Below are positions 11,531 to 22,185 of a DNA stretch of 64,000 nucleotides, piece after piece (position 1 is the stretch's first letter; every line of letters starts with the position of its first letter). The DNA comes from Podospora anserina (Eukaryota). Location of the stretch: positions 744,001 to 808,000 of the forward strand of contig CM030338.1 in the NCBI GenBank assembly GCA_017654855.1, in the 5' to 3' direction. The notes under the pieces are model-generated. The model worked only from the letters and a program-made list of their open reading frames with translations, was not told where the DNA came from and made no database searches. A program made the position numbers and the translations under genes.

Positions 11531-11945
11531 ATTGGGTGTGTTGTTGGGTCAAAAGCTTGTGTTGTTATGATTTTGCTTTGGGGACAGAAGAATGAAGAGT
11601 GAGGGATGAGATGCCAATGAATGACTTAAGAGGGCATACAGTAGGCCTCACACGTGCCCCCAATTCTTCAGTGACTGGAGAAGGTGTGGGCTATGAGGGG
11701 CTCGTAGAAAGCTGAGGCGAACACTGTAGGCCTCGCCCAGTCATCAAGCGGGGAGTCTACAACCTCTTAGACTCATGCGGATCCTTGCATGAGGCCTGCA
11801 AAGTTCTGCTTAAGAAGCAAACAATTCATCGAGGACTCAGCAGTCACCCTGTTATTAGGTGGACGGATTCTAAGCTCATCTTTTGGTCTCTTTCTCTTGC
11901 CTTTGAGACACTACCATAGGAGAACGAAACATCAACAACTCAACA
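11531..11945. promoter_or_regulatory. Bidirectional promoter viperin / NMP kinase with three YGAGGCCTRC motifs
   Basis: GTAGGCCTCA at 11641-11650, GTAGGCCTCG at 11726-11735 and TGAGGCCTGC at 11790-11799, in a 415-bp gap between divergent ATGs. Confidence 0.7.
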
Positions 11946-12775
11946 ATGGTGCCAGAAACCCGTAGAACTCGCGACTTGATCTTTGTCATCGGTAAAGTCA
12001 TCATAGTATCACTACCCCAACATTTCATTCTTGGCTGACCGCTTCTCAGGTGCTCCCGGAGCGGGAAAGGGTACCCTCTGCAAAATGCTGGCGGAAGCCA
12101 ACAACGTCGACCACCTCTCCCTCGGAGACCTTTTACGGCAAACCGTGTCATCACCCAACGCAGACCAATTAATCGCCGGGTGCATCCACCGTGGAGAGCT
12201 CCTACCAACACATATACTCCACGAACTTTTGTATCACCGCGTGGCCCAACCTGTATCCTCTACCGCTGGTCGACCCCTCCTGCTGGACGGCTTTCCCCGG
12301 CGGTTGGACCAGGCTAGAGAATTTGAAGCAGTGGCAAGTACCCGAACTGGCGCAACTTTACTCATTATTTCGGGAGCTGGCGGCTGAGTCTGCTAACTGA
12401 CACCTCGCAGTTTGGACCCCCAAAGCTCATTCTCTTCTTTGACTGTCCCGAAGATCTCGCGAGAGAAAGGGTTATCACGAGAAAATTAGGTCGGTTTGGC
12501 GACACAGTCGAGATATTCGACAAGCGGTATTCCGAGTTTCGCGAGTCAAACCCGCCAATCTTGAGCCATTACGCAAGACCCGAGGGCAGACTAATCACAG
12601 TATGTCGTATGGAAGAATACCATCTTCAGAATGAGTGTGTCACTAAGATGAATAGATCGACACCAGTGGCGCAACAGAAGAATCATATCAGAAGCTGCAG
12701 GCTGCTCTGGGTAGCAGTGAGGAATGGGCAGCTCTGACTTCCGAAGCCCCAAAGTTCCCCGTCGAATGGTTATGA
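11946..12775 (+). CDS. Nucleoside monophosphate kinase (adenylate/UMP-CMP kinase family, short LID); exons 11946-11991, 12050-12333, 12411-12599, 12656-12775
   Basis: The spliced product has DLIFVIGAPGAGKGT (P-loop split by intron 1), HLSLGDLLR, LLLDGFPRRLDQA, LFFDCPE..RERVITRKLGRFGD..IFDKRYSEF and IDTSG. All junctions are in frame. Confidence 0.9.
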
Positions 12776-12887
12776 GAAATGACAGACGATCAGGTCCACA
12801 GTCAGTGCAAGTCTAAACAGAGCTGAGAAATTATAGAGAAGCAGGCCTTTGGTATAGTTGTTGTACAATGCTGCCGACGGGTGGTGA

Positions 12888-13526
12888 TTATGATCTCTTC
12901 TTCCCCATCATCTCAAAATAAGCCGTCAACTTCCCCACCGGCCTCCCCTTCCTAAACGCCCAGCCATACCTCCTCATAAACTTCTCAATCCTCTCATCCA
13001 TCCTCTCCATCTCCCCCATCTTCTCCTCCTCACTCGCCTCCCCATCCAGCACCCTCTGCAGCTCCACCTCGCCAACCTCATGTCCAAAATCAATATGATC
13101 CCTCACAATCCTGAACTCCTCATCCGCAATCCACGTCTCACGGGTGGTAACAAAATCCGCCATGATCCCCAGCCCAAAATCCTCTTTTTCATGAGCTTGA
13201 ATCCCCGTGATATTCTCGACACAAGCCGCAATGTCGCTCACTCTGTTGAGCTCTTCAAACCGCGAGTTGGTAAAGTCACCGCCTTTCCGAATCTTGGCTT
13301 CCCATATCCCGTTGCGGCGGCGGATCCAGGCGCCGGAGGAGGAGAGGAGGTTAGACTTGTCGTAGTAGGTGTCGCGGATTGTTTGGAGGGGGAGTGAGCA
13401 AAGGGATTGGAAGGGTGGGATGCCGCCGTTTTGGGTAAGGTGGCGGACGGCGAGGGAGTGGAATTTGCGTTCGACTTCTAGGATGCAGGGGGAGAGGGCT
13501 TTCTGGAGGGGTGGTCGGATAGCCAT
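12888..13526 (-). CDS. CYTH-domain triphosphate tunnel metalloenzyme, thiamine-triphosphatase-like
   Basis: ExExK motif LEVERKF, plus DTYYD, WIRRR..WEAK, DFGHEVGEVEL and GKLTAY. Start taken at MAIRPP (13526). Confidence 0.88.
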   Translation of the reverse strand: MAIRPPLQKALSPCILEVERKFHSLAVRHLTQNGGIPPFQSLCSLPLQTIRDTYYDKSNLLSSSGAWIRRRNGIWEAKIRKGGDFTNSRFEELNRVSDIAACVENITGIQAHEKEDFGLGIMADFVTTRETWIADEEFRIVRDHIDFGHEVGEVELQRVLDGEASEEEKMGEMERMDERIEKFMRRYGWAFRKGRPVGKLTAYFEMMGKKRS

Positions 13527-13628
13527 TGTGAGGTGGGTGTGTTGGTTTTTGTGTGCATTCGGTTTGAGTGAGAAGTCGAGAGGATTAAAGGACACTGAGA
13601 AAAGTGTGAGCGAATGTGGTGAATGCAA

Positions 13629-13640
13629 TGAGGCCTACAG
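13629..13640. promoter_or_regulatory. Fourth copy of the YGAGGCCTRC motif upstream of the CYTH gene
   Basis: TGAGGCCTACAG. Its reverse complement CTGTAGGCCTCA matches CTGTAGGCCTC at 11724-11734 and GTAGGCCTCA at 11641-11650. It lies ~100 bp upstream of the ATG. Confidence 0.65.
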
Positions 13641-13842
13641 TCAGAAATTCTCACTTAAAAAGCTGTGTGTAACCAACAACTTTTGGTGGGGCAAGAGTGA
13701 ATGGGAGCAAGTGAGTGAGCGATTGGCCTGTGCTTGCAAACAGATTTGACAACGATTTGTAAACATCGCAAAATTACCATCTATGATACATCTGAAATTC
13801 CCATCACCCGTCCCCGGTTTCACACACCTCAAAATAACAAAC

Positions 13843-15017
13843 CTACAAAGAAACAACCAACTTAGTCCCACTAACACCCCCCCTCAGCTTCTCCAACCCT
13901 GCCCCAATAACCCCCAACCCCTTACCCACACCCTCAATCTCCAACGGCAGCTTAAACCGTCCCGACTCAACCAAATCCACCAATTTCGTCATAGCCGCCC
14001 CGCCCCCATCAGTCTGGAACGCCATCCGGCCAAACACCATCGCGGCCTTGACCCCCTCCGGCACCTCCAACTTCTCCCCCGTCATAACATGACTATACAG
14101 CTTCGGCCCATCCTCCCTAAACGCCCCGAAGATCTCCTTGTTCCCTGCCATCGCCCCAGCAACAGTATCAATCATTGCGTCAACCCCCTTCCCATCAGGC
14201 GAGGCGTCACGAACCGCCTTGGCGATTTGATCGGGCTTCATGTTGCGGTCGACGCAGGTTGTCGCGCCGAGGGAGGTGACTTTCTGGTTGTGGGCGCGGG
14301 AGTTGGTTGTGATGATTACCAGGTGGGGGAGGGCGTCACGCAGGAGTTGGACCGCGGAGGCGCCGACGCCGGAAGAGCCGCCGATGACGAGGACCGAGGT
14401 CAAAAGGGGGGGTTTGACCTGGGGTTGGGTGGCACCTGGGGTCATTGGGCTGGTGAGGTCGTCGAGGTTGGGGATCCTCTCGTTGGGGAGCTCCCTGAGG
14501 TGGGGGAGGGGGACGCCGAGGCCTTTGATGATGGAGGCTACGGCTGTGAGGTAACAGATTCTGGGGGAAGCAAGATTAGCAAGAGATACAGTGTGCAGTG
14601 AAAAGGGGTTGCTCACGGAACAGAAGCAGCCTGCTCAAAAGTCCAAGCTGTGGGCTTGCGGCAGGCGTAGTTGGCCGGGACGGTCGTTACATCCTGGAAA
14701 GCACCGGCACGGCCACCATGGCCAGCCAAGCTCATGACCGCATCACCGGCCTTGAACCCCTGAACATTCTTACCAACAACTTCCACCACACCAGCTGTGT
14801 CGATGCCGAAGATCTCGGGCCAAGAATCGACCATCATCCCATGGTGAAGATTCTTCCAGTCGAGGGGGTTCAGACCAACAGCACGGTTCCGGATGCAAAT
14901 CTCGTTCGGCCCAGGAACTGGGTAAGGTGCGTTGATCAGCTGGAACGGACCGCCTTGTCTGGCAGCGATGTACTGCTGAATGCCTTTCGGGGCGACCGAG
15001 CTGGCGTTTGGAGACAT
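13843..15017 (-). CDS. Medium-chain dehydrogenase/reductase, enoyl-reductase-like (TOXD/LovC-type), one intron near 14563-14616
   Basis: GroES-like N-terminal domain AVGLNPLDWK..GIDTAGVVE..GAFQ, Rossmann motif VLVIGGSSGVGASAVQL, C-terminal GVSGTKLVV. Confidence 0.88.
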
Positions 15018-15652
15018 GTTGGTGAGAGTGTCGAGTGTTGAGAGACAAATCTTGTCTGAGTGATCTCTGCTGCTTCAAGAGATTACATATGAGATGGGAT
15101 CAGGTTTTGCTCCCGAGGAGGCGAGATTCAGGGGTGACGTCGCCATTCTCCGGCGTTCCGTAGCGCGAGCGTCTTGACTCGAGCAAAACTGCCATTCCCC
15201 GGGCTAGATACTGTGACTGACTGGCTTCAAAGCGCGCCGTTGAGCCGCTGTTCACAGGCCGGGTGTCGTTAGTTTAAGCTTCTTTACCCCTGACCCCTTT
15301 CCCGAAACAGTGGGGCCGGTCGGCCCCGGCACGTCGGAAGTGGGACCCGGGATTGTGGGGCACATCGGCCGGCCCCGCTGTCACACCACCGTCCACCTGT
15401 GCTTGTCACGCCATCAACATCACCTCACCGTCTTCCCATCCCAACACCATGGAAGAGGGGAAGCACCAGTATCGGGTGTAGTGTTGCTCATTTGTCTATA
15501 AAACATCAGTTTTGCCACTTCAGTCAATACAGCTGTCTCTCCCACCATTGTTACAACAGATCTCTTCAATACTTCTTGCAGACAAGCCACATACCCACCA
15601 CCGCAACACAGCCTAGGTGACTGTTACGTTTTCAGGTTCACTCACAGCAAAA

Positions 15653-15928
15653 ATGAACCATACCAACACCGCCAGCCATCAATCACCAAAACCTCAACAC
15701 CCACCAGAGGAGCACCATCACCATCACCACTGGTACCACCTCAGCCAGCAAGCTCTCCTATCAGGGCTGATGTGCATGTCATGGGGTGCACTTCCCCCTG
15801 ATGCAGTCGAGTACCTTGCCAGTCCAAGTCATGCACCCGACTCGGAGTCCATTACTGGCGTTCATCATCACACCTTGTACCCTGTTTCGTCTCACGGTTC
15901 AGCGCATTCCGCATCGCGGCCAAAGTAG
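15653..15928 (+). CDS. Possible small His-rich protein (91 aa)
   Basis: TATAAAA at 15497-15503, good CAAAAATG start context and an HHHHHH tract. No homology recognised. Confidence 0.4.
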   Translation: MNHTNTASHQSPKPQHPPEEHHHHHHWYHLSQQALLSGLMCMSWGALPPDAVEYLASPSHAPDSESITGVHHHTLYPVSSHGSAHSASRPK

Positions 15929-16191
15929 GGAAGGCAACGAATTTGATGATTAATGATTACGATTTTTGATACCCCAAAACTGTTAGTAAGCCCCAAGGCA
16001 AACATCTCATCCCTGCTTAGACTGACAGCCCAAGGATTGGAACTTTGCGTGGTCTTTTAGGCGAGAATCGGCCGAGGGATGCAATGAAGGAGATTTTCCG
16101 CAATTCGAGCAAGGCCTTCATGTTGCTCTTAAAGCTAGCCAATGCTACTTAATTTTGATCATTTCTGAGACCTGCCGCGTACCAGTGACAG

Positions 16192-17747
16192 CTACTCTCG
16201 CTTCGTCTGAGGCTGAGGAACAAATAGCCAAACGATTGCCGAGGCCGATATCAGGCCCGCAAGGACAGGCTGCAATACCGAGACTCCAACGTGGGCGCCC
16301 AGTATGCCGGTGACGATCGGGAACAGAGAACCACCAAGTTGGGCAAAGACGAAGAGGAAGGGCAGTGCTGTAGATCTGATGTCGGGAGGGAAGAGCCGCG
16401 TGCCCACCCCAAGGGCCTGTTGGCGACTGTTAGCTAAAACCCCGATTCATGAAACCAAATTAGGCAGGTTGGGTACTGACAGTCGCAAAGAATGGCCCGA
16501 GAAAGAACCCCAAGAAGCTGATGGCGACCGAGGCAGCAATGATGTTGGGAACACTGTAACAAGTCTCGATTAGCCTCACTGCCCCACACAATATCTCCTG
16601 TCCTGCCACCATGTGATGATACTTACAGCCAGAATACCAGCTGAAACGCTAGACAGAACAGGCAGTATATGAATATCATCCGCCGCTCGCCGAATTTGTG
16701 TGTTGGATCGGGCAGAAGGAGGCGACCCAAGAGACAACCGCCGCTGAACCCAGCTGGAACGTATCCCATCTGCCTCAAGTCGCCATCGCGGACATCCACG
16801 AGATATTCCACAACCCATCCACCAGCGGTGACGCAAACCCCGAGATGGAAGAAGAAAAACAGACTGATTACCCAAACGCTTCGCGTCGTGAGGGTCTTTT
16901 TTATGAGGGCCGAAGCGCTTTTCTCGGGAGCCACAGTACCGGGATCAAGAGCACGCACACGGGGTCGAAGGCGGAATGTATCCCGAAATGCCACCATGGC
17001 TAGTGCCAAGTTAGCAACACCCAAGCCCAGAGGTACGGTGTAAAACAAGTACCACTGCGAAGATCCGTCTCCGGAAGGCGATGACGCGATGGGGGAGGCA
17101 GCGAATGGCGCAACGAGACATCCTGCCATGTACATGGCATGGATAAAACCAAGCCAGCGGTGAACAGTCAGACCCTTCTCCGTGGCGACATAGGTGTTTG
17201 CCTGTGTGTCCTGGAAAGCCTGTCCGATGCTGGCAAACCAGAAGGTGGTGATGAACAAGCCAAACGGCGGCGTGGGCCATGCTCTCAGTGCATGGGCGAC
17301 GACTTGGAAGGCAGCGCCTAAAACCATCATAGCTCCAAGATCAAGGCGATGATTGAGATGTGTGTTGGACAAGGCGGCGGATAACCAGCCCACGAAACTC
17401 GCCGCATATCTTGTCTGTGTCAACACGATGCCTATATACCTATGTTGGTCGAATGAGCGAGAGCGTCGAACTTACAGGGCAGACACAATGGCAGTGGTTA
17501 CACCATAGTCGCGGATGATGTGTGGTATCAAGGCACCGATGCTACCGTCGTTGACACCGGACACAAAAAACGAGAAAGCAGCGCTGGCGAGCTTCAAAAG
17601 AACCGACTTGGTGAGCCCTTGGGCCTGAAGATCTTCAGAGGGGGGAGAGTCGTCCACTTGGAAAGAAGCTCTTGCTGTGGATCGTGATGCATTCTCGGCA
17701 TCGCTCGGAAGTTCAACTGTGTAAGTGGTTGTGGCTGCTTTGGACAT
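16192..17747 (-). CDS. MFS transporter (Bsc6/FucP-like), 4 exons
   Basis: FSFFVSGVNDGSIGALIPHI, GQAFQDTQANTYVA, HAMYMAGCLVAP, GGWVVEYL..GFSGGCLLGRLLL and AQLGGSLFP. GTAAGT/GTCAGT donors at ~17475, ~16625 and ~16481. Confidence 0.88.
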
Positions 17748-18268
17748 GGCGGATATTCGTTATGTGTATCAATCTCCCGAGCCTTGATACCTGGCTTGAG
17801 GGACCTAATCGTGGGCAAACGAAATCCTGACCGGACAGCATTTTATCAGTGTTCATGGAGGACAAGGGCCAAGGAGCGCATTTGTCAGGGTTGCCAACTT
17901 GGGATGATCCCCAGATCTCGTCGGTGTCATGCCTTCGTTTCCCCGCTGATTTGGTGGGTTTTATGGCGGGGATCACTGGCTCAAACGTGCCGAAATGGCT
18001 AAACTTCGGTGGGCAGTGGGTGTCTCGCTTCAGTGGCATGGCTAAAAGTCGGAGACCTGCACCAGCCACGGCCACTCTGCCGAGAGATCACGATCACAGA
18101 AGTGCTCCTTTTCCCGACTTTTTCCCGACTTACACGCTCCGTTGTTGCTCTTCTTGCTCAAATGGCGGAAATCAAGACCGAGATGATCAAGATAAAAGGG
18201 CGAGGTGCTGTCCTCACGAGAGAGATTGGATGAAATGTCCAAGTTCAGACACACCTCAAGCAACCACC

Positions 18269-19818
18269 ATGACATCTCCCTCAGTCTACGACAACTTTGT
18301 CTGGCGCGAGATCAGCCTGGCATTTGGCAGCGTGACGCCGACGAGGCCGAGGTGTTCTACTCTTCTCTGGTCAAACAGTACGCAGGGAGCGGCCGCATGC
18401 ACTTCGCTATCACTGGCCATGTGTCGTTGACTATCCCGGTTCTCGAAGGCCAGGATGCCACTGCCGTCGCGCCAAGATTCGACGCAGCTCTACAAGCCGC
18501 ATGGCTGAGACTTCGACACCAACTTCCCAGCATCGGTGCCCAAGTTCACTTTGACAGCCATGAGCAGAAGTGGAAGAAGACATACGCGATTTTGCCCGAC
18601 GACGGCGCCCGCGCCGCCTGGCTTGACAAGACGTTTCACTTCATTACAGACGGGCAGACTGGAGTGGAATGGGCCAATTCGGACCCTCCTGCTCCAGAGC
18701 TTGCGACATTGTTTGTCGTTGCCGTACCTACTTCTCCTAACTCAGGGGTCCGCCGTGTCATCGTCCTTCGCTCCCCTCACGACATCATTGATGGCATTGG
18801 CACTCTACAACTTCTCAATGCCTTCGTTCATCACGCCTCACAGGCTTTGGGTGAGTGCTCGACCATGCAACTTGCCATATTCGATGGTTCCGAGACAGCA
18901 CGCCTGAGTCCACCTTATCGAGTGGCCGCCGCTGTTCCTCCAGTTCCCACTCCCGAGCAGAAAGCGAAACAAGCAGCACTACAAGAGGCCAACAACGCAC
19001 CCCAAGATCTAGCAGTTGGGAGCATCGGCATTCCATATCGTCAAGGCGCTCCCTTACCTGGTAAACATCAACGAGTCGCTCATACCATTTCTGCCGATCG
19101 TGTCTCCTCACTGCTGGCGGCGCTCAAGGCTATTGGTGCGACGCCGACCCATGCGTTCCACGCTGCCATTGCCATGGTAGTCCGCGATCTCCACACCGAG
19201 AGCCTCCCGGCGCCGCCTGATGCTGGCGCCTTGGTCAAGTACATCAACTACATTCTTCGGAATGAGCGTCAAAGCTGTCAGCCGCCTTTAAACGGGCCCC
19301 ATCATGCAGCAGCCGTTTATCACTCTGTTTCTGGGGCCAAGCTTGCTGTAACGATGCCGGCCACCGTCTTTACCGATGCCAGCAAACGAGACGACGAATT
19401 TCTCGATATCTTGGCTCAAATGCGACAGTTCTACCACTCCGTGCGTGACGACAAAGACCACTTTGCTCTGGCACCATACATCTGGACGGCGGCCACCCCT
19501 TCCCTTCCATTGCCTCAATCCGAGAACGACAAGTGGGATATTCCGGTCCCGTCGCCCAATTCCAAGCCCTCTGTCTCCATTTCCAGCATGGGCCTCATCG
19601 ACAAACTAATTGTTTCGCGCGTCGGTGAGGTAGAGGTTCACAACCCCTGGGTGACCGGTGAGGAGCTGGGCACTGGACTGGGGTTGTTTCTCGGGACATT
19701 TAGAGGAGAGATGGAGCTTAGTGCCGTGTTCAACGAAGCGTGGCATACAGCGGAAGAGGTCCACGGGTTTTTGGACACGTGCGAGAAGATTGTTTTTGGT
19801 TGGGTTGATCGTAGGTGA
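18269..19818 (+). CDS. Tri3-like (trichothecene 15-O-acetyltransferase family) CoA-dependent acyltransferase; apparent 1-bp frameshift at ~18316
   Basis: HxxxDG motif RSPHDIIDGIG, AAWLRLRHQLPSIG and C-terminal LFLGTFRGEMELSAVFNEAWH. The ATG at 18269 (CACCATG) is out of frame with the main ORF. Confidence 0.8.
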
Positions 19819-19990
19819 TGGGGGATGTGTGTCAATCGACGGTCCTCAATTTACACAAATTCTTTTTGACGGCCATTTGCGTGTCTGGGAGGCGATTTGT
19901 GACACATTGGGCAACTGGGCAGGGCTGTTAGGGCCTCAGGGGTAGCTAGCCGTTAGCGATATGAATGCCAAGTCCAACCTGCATTTGCAA

Positions 19991-20071
19991 GTCGCTTTGG
20001 CGGAGTGGTTAACGCGCGGCCCTGCTAAGGCCGTTTCTTCGGAAGCGTAGGTTCGAATCCTGCAGGCGACG
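19991..20071 (+). tRNA. tRNA-Ser(GCT), intronless
   Basis: Acceptor stem GTCGCTT/AGGCGAC, A box TGGCGGAGTGG, anticodon arm CGGCC-CTGCTAA-GGCCG, long variable arm, B box GGTTCGAATCC, discriminator G and a downstream T-run. Confidence 0.95.
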
Positions 20072-20628
20072 TTCACTTTTTGCATTCCTTTTACAGCCTG
20101 ATCATTATGTAATTCTTTTTTTCCCGCTTTCCAGGAGGAACTTAGGTCGACAAGGTCGGGACGTAGCACAATGCGGAAGCCTAACTCAACGACGAGTGAC
20201 GATCAACGGAAACTTATAGTTGGGCATCAGCTCGCAATTCAACCTTTTCCGCTCTTTTCTTCCTCCATGGTCGATCTGATCACCATGCCTCTTGTGTTTC
20301 TCTGCGGGAATGTTGAAGCGGCGTTGCACAAATGAGGTTCAAAGTGCGGCCCCCACATTCTTTGCAGCGTTCCAGACCACCAGACTTCCTTCTTTCACGT
20401 TTGCTGCAGTCAGCGGGCGGTGCAGGCAACAGTCACACCTTCTGGAAATCTTCCACCCCAGGGCACCTGGTACATTCTCAACATAAGGTAGAGCCCTACC
20501 AACATCATGGTCTCCGAGCACCGGCCGGGCAACTTATATATCACCGATTTACGAGACCCATAACGATGCTCCAATAGACAACAGCCCATTCTCCCACAGA
20601 TCTTCCACCCCGCCTTTGTCTTGACCCC

Positions 20629-22185
20629 ATGCCCCCCATTCAACCCCGCGGCGTCGGCCCTACCGAGTCCTTCGTCTTTCCCACAGGCACCGTCAAAGAC
20701 AACCTTCGGACTTTTTTTCGAGCTTGCGAACTGGGCAGCACCAGATATGTCGAGAAATGTATCAAATCTCTTTCTCCTGCGGGCAGGGTGCCGCTCTTGA
20801 ACTATAGCACCAGTTCAAAGAATCGTCTAAAAGCGCTGCACCTCGCGGCCCAGGCCGGCCATAACGATATTGTCCGGTTGTTACTCGAAGCGGGAGCACA
20901 GGTTGATGTGGCGGCTGAGAAGGGCGTGACACCTCTGGCCTGTGCAGCCGCCTCGGGACAGTCTGGGACTCTTCAGATTCTCCTGGAGCATGGGGCTGAT
21001 CCGCATCGCCTCATGGAGGATGGGCTCACCATTATTTCTCATGCTGCCAGGTCAGACGTGGTGCGAGGACAGGCGGATACCATCGCCATGCTGATTGAAC
21101 ACGGAGTTGATCCCAACGCCATCGACGAGACGCCCAAAAAGTCAGCCCTGAACTGGGCCTGCAGTCAAGGCAATCTCGCTGTGGTGAGGATTCTCCTCGA
21201 CCCAAACGTTGGTGGCGTCAAGCCAGGTGAGATTCTCGGCGAGGACGGGTGGACAGCCCTTCACTTCGCTGCCCGATGTCAAGTGCTCGCCGGTAAGGAC
21301 GTCACCCAGTACCTCATACGCGCAGGGATGGATCAGACAGTCGGAGACATCGACGGCTGGCTTCCTATCCACTACGCGGCTAAATACGCCAACGTCGTCA
21401 CCCTCGGCTACCTCATCCACCAAAAGCCCGGGCTTTCCCAACTCATCGAAATCAAAACTGATACCGGCGGCACCCTTCTTCATTGTGCCTGTGATGAAGG
21501 AGAGGCAATCAAGTGGCTTCTTCGACATGGCGCAGACGTCAATGCTCAAGACGATGAAGGCGACACACCGCTGGGCTTGTCGTGCTATGACGGGATAGGC
21601 GATACTGTGAACCTCCTTCTCCAGGCCGGAGCGGACCCAAAGATTCAAAATGAGGAGAAGCGAACCGCGCTTCACTGGGCTGCGAGAGGCGGGGCGGTTA
21701 ATGCCGGCCGGGGGCTGCTCAACAAGTGCCCGGCTCTTTTACATATCAAGGACGAAAAGAACCTTTCTGCTATGCATCTAGCCATCAGGAAGTTTGAGCC
21801 AACTTTTGCTGAGATGCTCCTGGATGAGTTCTACCCGGAGTATGCGACAAATCTACACGGGGATTTGACGGCTGTGCATGAGCCTTCGGGAGAAACACCT
21901 TTGATATCGGCGGTGAAGAGGTTTCAGGTTGGGGTGGTGGAAAAGTTGTTGAAGTTGGGGGCCGAGGCTGATGTCAAGGATAAGAGCGGGAAGACGCCGT
22001 TGGTGTATGCCAGTCGGGCAAGGAAGCATAGTGAGAAGTTGGTTGAAATGCTGCTGGATCATCAGGCGGCGGAGAAGGCTAAGGAGGCGGCGGAGAAGGA
22101 GACGGGGGGTGAGAAGATGCCGATGGAGTTGCAACATATGCTTCAGTTTTTGAAGACGGTGTTGGAGGAGCAGGAGAGGGAGTGA
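20629..22185 (+). CDS. Ankyrin repeat protein (about a dozen repeats)
   Basis: Repeated ALHLAA/TPLACAA/TALHFAA/TALHWAA..LL..GAD motifs. Confidence 0.9.
   Translation: MPPIQPRGVGPTESFVFPTGTVKDNLRTFFRACELGSTRYVEKCIKSLSPAGRVPLLNYSTSSKNRLKALHLAAQAGHNDIVRLLLEAGAQVDVAAEKGVTPLACAAASGQSGTLQILLEHGADPHRLMEDGLTIISHAARSDVVRGQADTIAMLIEHGVDPNAIDETPKKSALNWACSQGNLAVVRILLDPNVGGVKPGEILGEDGWTALHFAARCQVLAGKDVTQYLIRAGMDQTVGDIDGWLPIHYAAKYANVVTLGYLIHQKPGLSQLIEIKTDTGGTLLHCACDEGEAIKWLLRHGADVNAQDDEGDTPLGLSCYDGIGDTVNLLLQAGADPKIQNEEKRTALHWAARGGAVNAGRGLLNKCPALLHIKDEKNLSAMHLAIRKFEPTFAEMLLDEFYPEYATNLHGDLTAVHEPSGETPLISAVKRFQVGVVEKLLKLGAEADVKDKSGKTPLVYASRARKHSEKLVEMLLDHQAAEKAKEAAEKETGGEKMPMELQHMLQFLKTVLEEQERE

Noticed and set aside
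13783-14601. 272-aa plus-strand ORF
   Set aside because: Antisense shadow of the enoyl reductase with no motifs.
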